Source: Felis catus (taxonomy: Eukaryota). From it: a stretch of 64,000 bases of DNA. The first letter of the stretch is position 1. Each line of letters opens with the position of its first letter. The position numbers and the translations under genes are program-made. The notes below the pieces were generated by a model, which was not told the origin of the DNA, ran no database searches, and was given only the letters and a program-made list of their open reading frames with translations. Below are positions 55,431 through 64,000 of the stretch, one piece after another. The stretch covers positions 131,752,001 to 131,816,000 of the forward strand of contig NC_058368.1 in the NCBI RefSeq assembly GCF_018350175.1, in the 5' to 3' direction.

Positions 55431-56444
55431 CTCCCCCAATCCTTTTATGACAGCTTCTGAAACATGCAATCTTTAGTGGACAAATTGTGTCACCTCTTCA
55501 CAGTTTGTTCCCTCTCCCACTTGTTTTAAAGGACATTTGGCTCTTCCCTGAGAACACTTTTCCACAGCTTATCTCGGTATTATTAGTATCCTCCAGGCTC
55601 CTTAATACTGTTTCTCAGTATAGCAGTCCTCTAATCTCCCATGCAGCTCTCTGTTGCTGTTTAATAGCCCATCTACTGAAGTCTTTGGAATCTGGCTCAG
55701 ACTTGGGTTCTTCACCCTAGGCCCTCCCACAAACCTATGCGAACAGGCTAGAGTGGTGCATGGCCTCATAGTTCCTTGCCATTTTAGATGCCAAGGCCAC
55801 ACTACGCTCCTTGTCATCACCTGAAGTGTTCCATCTTGTAAGTTTTCAACTCCACTATTATACTGACTATAAGCTTTTATCCTTCTAGCTTTCTTATTCC
55901 CTTACACCCATGCATAGATGTGTTTAGAATTTTTTTTCTGTCAACACTTTATTCCATCTACTTTTTATTTATGTCACTCTTACTACATTTACTTCTCAAA
56001 GGAAAAAAACAAACAAACCTATTTGCTGTCACCTTCTTTTAGGTAATTGTTGACATGAAAGCTGTCAATTCCAAAGAGAGTTAAAGCTTAGCATTTCCAA
56101 GAGTAGAGAATCAACTAGGTAGAGCACAAGAATTTTTTACCTATTACATTTATCACATATATATCTATGTGCAAAGTTATAATGTGCATAAATACACATT
56201 TTTACAAACTTCTATAAAAAACCACATTTCTGACCTGCCATTTGCCCCTTACCAAACAAAATCACTTTCTCCTCTTCTAGTTAAATTTTTTTTAATTTAA
56301 CTATTCTATTTCCCTAAATAACACATTTCTCTTAATAACTGCTGCCTCTTGATTTTTCAGCTCAGGCATAATTAATTGACTTCCTACTGTGGAAAATGAG
56401 CATTTAATATCCTCCCCTTTTCTCAGTGTTCTTGCATCTTTTTA

Positions 56445-56775
56445 AATTTTTACTTATTTTTAATTTTTATTTTCTTATTCTCAAGTAAGTTAGCATACAG
56501 TGTGGTCTCGGCTTCAGGAGTAGAACCCATGATTGATCTCTTACATATGATACTCAGTGCTCATCCCAAAAAGTGCCTTTCTTAATGCCCATTTAACCCA
56601 CCTTTTAACCTACTCCCCCAACAACAAACAAACTCCCTCAGTTTGTTCTCTGTATTTAAGAGTCTCTTATGGTTTGCCTCCCTCTCTGTTTTTACCTTAT
56701 TTTTCCTTCCTTTCCCCTATGTTATTCTGTCAACTTTCTCAATTTCCACATATGAGTGAAATCAAATGATATCTG
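56445..56775 (-). mobile_element. Carnivore L1 3' UTR fragment
   Basis: Similar to 2215-2520 (TTAAGAGTCTCTTATGGTTTG..CACATATGAGTGAAATCA). Confidence 0.85.
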
Positions 56776-57288
56776 TTCTAGAAAATTAAGACCTTAACTC
56801 ACTCAGTCCCTTCATTTTCTTCTAATCTGTCAAACTTCTCATTCCTGACTTTCCAAACACCATTACATGTTTTTTCTTTGACTCATTCATGTTCTTCTTC
56901 TGCCATACCTCACTGTAAAATACTCTGGCTCAAAGCTAACCTTTCTTGAGGTTGTGCCTGTCCCTGAGCAGTCAAGCAATGCTTAAGTACAATCACACAT
57001 ACATGGACATTAGCACAAACACAAAGCATTTCATTTTTGTGTTTGTCCCTGGTCAAGTTCCTCTCTTATTCCCCTCAGTGACTTTTCTAAACTTATGCCT
57101 GACTTAAATCATTGTTCAACCACTTTCCTGTCTCACTCAATGCCCCTTCCCAAACAGACAACTGCACCTCCTAACTTACCAAGAAAACTGAGATTACCAA
57201 AGTCTCCTTCTACTTTCTGTTTCCATACCTGAAAATATCCATACTTATTCTTACCTAGTTTCCTTCAAACTTATGAGTTATCCTTGAT

Positions 57289-57506
57289 GGGGCGCCTGGG
57301 TGGCTCAGTTGGTTAAGCGTCCGACTTTGGCTCAGGTCATGATCTCGTGGTTCGGGAGTTTGAGCCCCAGCATTGGGCTCTGTGCTGACAGCTGAGAGCC
57401 TGGAGCCTGCTTCAGATTCTGTGTCTCCCTCCCTCTCTCCCTTTCCCTGCTCACATTCTGTCTCTCTCTCTCAAAAATAAATAAAGCACTAAAAAAAAAA
57501 AAAAAA
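57289..57506 (+). mobile_element. CAN-SINE
   Basis: Full body; TSD AGTTATCCTT. Confidence 0.93.
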
Positions 57507-57660
57507 GTTATCCTTATTTTAACTCTTAGAGGAAATTGCTCCATCTTCTCCTGTCTCCAATATCTGCAACATCTCCTATAATATCCCTTTAGTCTCTATA
57601 CACATCTTTTATCTTAAATATAAAACCCTCCATTTATTCCAAATTCCCTTCTAGGAATTA

Positions 57661-58485
57661 CAGTTGACCCTGGAATGCTGATCCCCAGGCAGCTAAAAAT
57701 CCACATATAACTTATGGTTCCCCCCAAACTTAACTACTGGATTTTATGTGATTGAAAAGTAAGAAAGTCGCCAAATGGAGAAAAACAAAGTGAAGATGGA
57801 GGAAATTTGTAGGAAAAGGTGGAACAGCAGGGCTCTTGTCTGCTCTTGGCATTCTCCATCCTACTACCTGTGGGGAGCTCAGTTGACTGAGGTCTTGAAT
57901 GGAGAGGTGAAAGAAACAGGCTCTGGGGAGGGATTTTCACTTAAGTAACCAAAAACCACATAATAACCCACCCAATACCTCACCTCCCACCAAGGGGTGT
58001 GGGAGAACACCAGGGAGGGCCCCAGGGAGGGGACAGTATCAGACAGAGAAGCCTGGGTCTCAGTGGGGTGGGGGCACTGTCCAGGGTGCTGAACGTTTTC
58101 TGAGGAGGGGATCTAATATTGCTGGGGAACTGGCAGCTCACCCCTTCACAGCCATTTTCCACAAGCAGAAACTGCACTATAATCACATGTAGGGGACTGG
58201 GTGAAGCAAGCGACCTAGAGAGAAGGGTACTGGTGTTTTGCCTTCCCTAGTTCTCTACCTTCCTGCGTGGAAGGAGGTGGTGTGGACCACCTTGCTTCCT
58301 AGGTAGAGAAGCAAGAAATGAGTATCATTCTATGATCTAGATTGGCTAAGTGCAGGTGGGGAGAAGGAGACATGTGGTAGTTCATGTTCTACTACTGTAT
58401 TCTATCTAAAACAACAACAACAACAACAAACCTATATAAAACTACACCTGTGCAGTTCAAACCCATGATGTTCAAGGGTCAACTG
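57661..58485. mobile_element. Non-autonomous Tigger2-type (TcMar) element with unrelated internal filler
   Basis: TA|CAGTTGACCCT...AGGGTCAACTG|TA: terminal inverted repeats with TA target duplication. Confidence 0.85.
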
Positions 58486-58500
58486 TATTCAATATGTTCC

Positions 58501-58828
58501 TGTTATGACCTGAATGTTTGTATCCCCTCAAAATTCATATGTTGAAATCTAACTCCCAAAGGGGATGGTATTAGTTGATGGGACCTTTGGGAGGTGATTA
58601 GGTTTCTGAGAGTGGTACTCTCATGAATGGGATTAGTGCCTTATAAAAGATCTCCAAGGAACTCTCTAGTCCTTTCCACTGTGCAAGTAAAAAATGAAAA
58701 GTCTATGACCTGGAAAACTTGCTGGCACCCTGAACTTTGACTTACAGCCTCCTATGAGCAATATATTTCTGTTTATAAGCTACTGGGCCTGTGGTATTTT
58801 GTTATAGTAGCTCATGAAGACTGAGACA
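58501..58828 (+). mobile_element. MaLR solo LTR (MLT1A-like)
   Basis: TGTTATGACCTGAATGTTTGTATCCCCTCAAAATTCATATGTTGAAATC...GTGGTATTTTGTTATAGTAGC..GACTGAGACA. Confidence 0.88.
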
Positions 58829-59424
58829 GTTCCTTACTTTACTTATGCAAATTTCCTGAAACAGGAGACTATACAGACAAGCTCTCCATTTTTTTATCCA
58901 TCGCAATTCAGGCCTGAATCTACATAGTTTGCTTCATGACCTACCACTCTACTTAAACTGATCTTCCCACAGTCAAAGAAGCATTCTACCTGGTAAATTC
59001 AATGAATAATTTTCAAACAAATTCTTACAAATCCTAATGGTTACATCTGACAATTTTCCCTCAACTTTGAAAATCTTTACTCTTTTGGTGTATCTGTTGC
59101 TGCCCACTCCCTCTTCTAGTATTGTACCTTCTTGGTCACTTTTTCCTTAGCTCATGCCTAGATATTTTACTTTACCTGTTGATATTTTATTCCACTAAGA
59201 GTTTGTTATTGTTCCAAAGTTTGCTTATATAAAATCATGTAGGCGAAAAATACAAATGTGGAGCAAAAAAGAGAGGTTGTTTCCATAAAACAAAGTTGTA
59301 CTTTTGGAAACACTTGATTTAAATGGATTATTTTTAAAGAGTAGTTTGAGTAGTTTTCAAATTAGGTACTGGCATCAAGACTGTACAAGATTGAGAAAGA
59401 ATCTAAAACAATGAGAAAAGGTAC

Positions 59425-59571
59425 CTGCTTCTCAAAGGGGGTGCCATGGCCATTTTGAGCCAGACAATTCTTCACTGTCCAGGACTACCTTACACATCCC
59501 AGGATGTTTATAAACCATAAATCATACATACTAAAGATCATACTGTTACCCAACCACAAGCACATAGGGGC

Positions 59572-59608
<37 letters not shown>

Positions 59609-59650
59609 CACAGATTTCCAGGAAGGCAGTATTAACCCTAGTTGAGAACT
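59425..59650. mobile_element. MER20-like remnant containing a long A run
   Basis: CTGCTTCTCAA...GTTGAGAAC inverted ends; CATTTTGAGCCAGACAATTCTT internal motif. Confidence 0.55.
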
Positions 59651-60246
59651 AATGATAAAGTGATTCTGGACTCAAATTTCTTTCTCATTATTGCTGCTTG
59701 CTTATCTTGGAAGAAACAAACTATACAAAGTAGGAAATGCATTTCAGATATAATTTGCACTTAAAAGACTATGTGAAACAATAATTAGCAGACTCATAGG
59801 CAAAGACAAGGTCATGAATGTATATCAATAGATTAGCATTTTAGGTTAAATAAACATTAAAAGTATTTAGGTGTGTTTTTATTTCTTGCTACTATGAGCA
59901 AATGCTCAATTACTGAAGTATCCTATCCTGAACTTTTTAAAGGTATATTTTCTGAGAACTATCATAATTGAGACATTTATTCCATGACAAAAGCTTAGTG
60001 TTCTGGTAGCTTTTAAGTATTTAGAAGTTGTCAACTTCAAAAGTATTCATATAAAAACTCATCATAGAAATAAACAATTCTTCTAATTTTGTTGAGGAAA
60101 CTTTGCCATGAAAAACCAACATCCATGTTATTTAGTAACAGATTCATCCTTAACTTGAAACTTTTTAAAACTACATAGCCATTACTGAAATATACGGACA
60201 CAATAAAATCTTCTTCAGTCGAGTATTAAATTGTTTTGTACATCCT

Positions 60247-60449
60247 GGGCACCTTGGTGGCTCAGTTGGTTGTGTCCAGCTCTTGGTTTCAGCTCAAGTC
60301 ATGATCTCATGGTTTTGTGAGTTAGAGCCCCATGTTGGGCTTTGTGCTGGCAGCATGGAGCCTGCTTGGGATTCTCTCCCCAATCCCCATCTCTCTGCCC
60401 TTCCCCCCACTCACGCTTTTTCTGTCTCAAAATAAATAAAATTTAAAAA
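60247..60449 (+). mobile_element. CAN-SINE
   Basis: Full body. Confidence 0.9.
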
Positions 60450-61044
60450 CTGTACAACCTAAACCATTAGTCTCACAACAATAGAGAGACAATACTCCTT
60501 TGTAACTAAATGATGAATATGCATATTTTAAGGTATTAAAAACATTTCAGAGTTCTGTGGACTGTTCTCTTACATCTACAATCAATACAAAGATTCTGGC
60601 CTACAAATAACAGATAATTTTTAAAATGTAATTTCTATCAGAAAGGCATGCAAATTGAGAAGACCTTCATCTTTAACAGGTATAAGATGTAAATTTAACA
60701 CAGAAGGGAAGGATTACTAAAGTTTTGCAAAAGAGATAAATGAAAAGCTATTTAATAACTTTATCACTAAAATCATAGATCAAAATAATAACTATAGGAA
60801 CTAAACTTAGAAAGACTGTCAAAGCTATTTGCTTACTTGGCTTCTCTAAAAAAAATTCTTGTTACTACAGATACTTCCATCATTGTGTAAAATAAAAAAG
60901 CAATAAGGAGACTAGATCAACATTATATTTCCAAAACATTATTTTGATTATTTTCCTTTAAGTCTTAAGCTAAAAGTAGTTCAAGGAGATAAAGTGGCAT
61001 TAGTAGGGAGATTGGGAAATTCATTCTAGATTTTTAAGTACATA

Positions 61045-61092
61045 ATACAGCATATAGGTATATGCTATATACATATACATATATGTATATAT

Positions 61093-61130
<38 letters not shown>

Positions 61131-61200
61131 GTGGGGGGAGAGGAGGGGGGAGAGTGAGAGAGACAGAGAGAGAGAGAGGAGAGGGAAGGAGAGAGAGAGC
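61045..61200. repeat. (TA)-rich plus (GA)n compound repeat
   Basis: Seen directly. Confidence 0.85.
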
Positions 61201-61247
61201 ATGGATGAGCACATTCCTAAGTCTTGAATCAAGACATAAAATATGGA

Positions 61248-61455
61248 GGGGGTGCCTGGGTGGCTCAGTTGGTTAAGCGTCTGACTCTTGATTTCGGCTC
61301 AGGTGATGATCTCGTGGTCCTGGGACTGAGCCCTGCAATAGGCTCCACTCTGAGTATGGAACCTGCTTGGGATTCTCTCTCTCTCTCCCTCTGCCCTTCT
61401 CTGCCTCATGAGCTTTCTCTCTCAAATAAAAATTTTTTAATTTAAAAATAAAAAT
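61248..61455 (+). mobile_element. CAN-SINE
   Basis: Full body. Confidence 0.9.
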
Positions 61456-61959
61456 GAAATACAGAAATTAGCAAAGATTTAAAGAAAGGATACAAAGCAG
61501 AAATAAATATAAACAAGCCTAAAACACAGAAAAGATTTCACTGCACTTATTTCTTGCATGCAAGTATATTCTTCAGGAGTTTTTATTTATGTCAAGGATA
61601 TGTGTACTTATGTATCCACATTTGCTAACTGAGCAAGATTCCCTTGAGCCACATCTCAGCCTTCCCTTGGAGGCATGTGACTTGGTTCTCCCAGCATGCT
61701 TTCATTATGAGCCCTCTTAATGAAGATTTATGCTGAGGGTTCTTTGATCACATGTTCTTACATGGAAAAATTTTTTTAATCACCTTTATTTATTTTTTTA
61801 ATAAGACTGTACATCTGAAGCTCATGTAACATTGTGCATCAAATATAACTATACTTCTAAATTAATAAATAAATAGACGGATACATTTTGTATGGATCAT
61901 TAACCCTAATCCAGGCTCACCTGCATGGTCTCCAAACAAGTGAGAAAACAGCAAATGCT

Positions 61960-62175
61960 GGGGTGCCTAGGTGGCTCAGTCGATTGTCAGACTTTGGCTC
62001 AGGTCATGATCTCCCTGCTTGTGAGTTCAAGCCCCACATCGGTTTCTGTGCTCACAGCTCGGAGCCTGGAGCCTCCTTCAGATTCTGTGTCTCCCTCTCT
62101 CTCTGCCCCTCCCCTGCTCACACTGTGTCTCTCTCAGAAATAAACATTAAAAAAATTTTTTTTAAAGAAAACAAA
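61960..62175 (+). mobile_element. CAN-SINE
   Basis: Full body; TSD-like AAAA(C/T)AGCAAATGCT. Confidence 0.92.
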
Positions 62176-62755
62176 AATAGCAAATGCTACTGTTATAGCT
62201 GTTATCAAACCTTTAAGAATTGTTACATTTAACTAAAGAAATGGTATTTAAGGTACATAATTATAAATTTAGACTATATAACTGCATGTTAAAGTTTAAT
62301 TTTCTATCCCATTTCATTAGTCATAATAGACATTTATGATTGTTTAAATCAAGTTTTTGCCAGTGAGCAGAAATTCTGGGACTAATATCCTCATAAAGAA
62401 AATAATTTTCATTGCTTCCCCTCTTCACCCAGTATCTAGAAGAACAAAGAGTAAAAGAATAAGTATATATGTACTTTCTGGGGGGGAATATACTTTCTGC
62501 ATGCTCCTAAATCTACTACTCCACTTGTACTTGATATCTTTGCTAGTCAACAGATACATAGCCACCTGTCACTCAGTCTACAGCAGGGAAGAAAGTAACT
62601 ATTTAGGAGAATTTCTGAATCATCTGCAAATCTGGCCTGAATAACAGGGCTAAAGAGCTAAGATGAAATCAGGGCCCTGAAATCAGGATGCCAAATCACA
62701 TCGCCCAAGGAGGCAATGATTCACTCTTCACAATGTTATTTTTTAACGTACTTAC

Positions 62756-62803
62756 GATAGCCACATTTTTTACAGCCTGCCCGGACACTGTCCTTGTTGC
62801 AAC
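62756..62803 (-). CDS. SREK1IP1: SREK1IP1 coding exon 2 (48 nt), first half of CCHC zinc knuckle; exon 1 is outside the window
   Basis: Minus strand ATATTTCAG|GT TGC AAC AAG GAC AGT GTC CGG GCA GGC TGT AAA AAA TGT GGC TAT C|GTAAGT = (G)CNKDSVRAGCKKCGY(P). Confidence 0.95.
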
Positions 62804-63058
62804 CTGAAATATAATTGGATAACATTTTAGCAGACATATAAAAGGTAGAAACATAAGAATTCCATCCCATGAAAAAGCTAAGAAACCACTTGTTGTAGAA
62901 TTTCTTTAAAAAAAAGAAAAAAATATTCTTGACCCAGCTTAGTTAACACTATTCAATTGTCATCATTATTAGGAATCACTGGAAAATCCAATTTACTCAA
63001 ATTACTTTCTTTGACAGTATTTTAAAAATAACTCTAGAATATATTTTTCTCTAATTTA

Positions 63059-63290
63059 TTTATTTATTTTTTTTTTAATTTTTTTTTCAACGTTTATTTA
63101 TTTTTGGGACAGAGAGAGGCAGAGCATGAACGGGGGAGGGGCAGAGAGAGAGGGAGACACAGAATCGGAAACAGGCTCCAGGCTCTGAGCCATCAGCCCA
63201 GAGCCCGACGCAGGGCTGGAACTCACGGACCGCGAGATCGTGACCTGGCTGAAGTCGGATGCTTAACCGACTGCGCCACCCAGGCGCCCC
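63059..63290 (-). mobile_element. Young felid CAN-SINE
   Basis: Perfect 17-bp TSD TATTTTTCTCTAATTTA (63042-63058 / 63291-63307). Confidence 0.96.
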
Positions 63291-63419
63291 TATTTTTCTC
63301 TAATTTAACAGAAATACAGTGTTATAGTCAAGAGCTTAAACATTCCAAGAATTCTCTAACACTGAGCAAGAAATTCCTGAGTATTTCAGCCTGTCCCTCA
63401 AATGTAAAATAATTAACTA

Positions 63420-63577
63420 CATATGTGTATACATATACATATTCCCTATATACTATCATATGTGCTAATATTTTTATTATATATTCTATTACATATATTA
63501 GTTATTATATATAGTATATTTATATACATGTATATACATATATATATATTTATACACACACACACACATACATATAT
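63420..63577. repeat. (TA)n/(CA)n low-complexity repeat
   Basis: Seen directly. Confidence 0.85.
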
Positions 63578-63844
63578 GAATATTTGGGATAAAAAATGTT
63601 TTTCTGCTCTCCCTTAGAAGAAAAACAAACTGGCTTTATTAAAGGAACTGGTAAAAATCCAGAAAAATACTTTAAATGATAGGTATTATAAGAAACATCC
63701 AAATGCACCACTCAAATTCTGACAAGAGAAAACTATCAGTTACATATTCAGTCTGATCAGTTTTTAGAAATATTTAGAGTATTTCTGTATAATTAGTGGT
63801 ACACACAAGAAATGTTGAAGATCTAAATAAGAGAGAAGACATAA

Positions 63845-64000
63845 ATTGATTTTTTAATAATAAAATATACATAAAATTTATCACCTTAAACATTTTCGAG
63901 TATATAATTCAGTGGCATTAAGTACATTCATAATGTTGTACAACATCCTAAACACTAACTTTTTTCCTCTATAAATTTACCTACTCTAGGAATCTCATGT
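63845..64000 (-). mobile_element. L1MB-type 3' end, runs off the window
   Basis: GTATATAATTCAGTGGCATTAAGTACATTCATAATGTTGTACAAC. Confidence 0.7.

Noticed and set aside
59578..59605. Long A run inside a MER20-like element as a separate retro-insertion
   Set aside because: No convincing TSD; homopolymer expansion explains it.

Overview
Mammalian genomic DNA from a carnivore, most likely a felid: it carries about 28 tRNA-derived CAN-SINEs, several of the young cat type. Two genes face each other tail to tail. SHISAL2B (FAM159B) is complete on the + strand: 3 coding exons (8915-9105, 13384-13541, 26387-26523), 161 aa, with a CpG-island promoter. SREK1IP1 is on the - strand: coding exons 2-5 (62803-62756, 52886-52743, 35109-35037, 32498-32309), with exon 1 beyond the window end. 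The rest is intronic or intergenic DNA full of L1, L2, MIR, MaLR LTR and DNA-transposon remnants. Repeat subfamily names are from memory of consensus sequences and their boundaries are approximate. I found no evidence of a wholly new multi-gene system. The best leads are: (1) a candidate alternative last exon of SREK1IP1 in intron 3; (2) an overlapping bidirectional poly(A) signal between the two genes; (3) a decayed copy of part of SHISAL2B exon 2 in intron 1; (4) a Tigger2-ended element carrying about 650 bp of unrelated filler DNA; (5) an E-box/RFX cluster and two uORFs upstream of SHISAL2B; (6) young SINE insertions close to SREK1IP1 splice acceptors.
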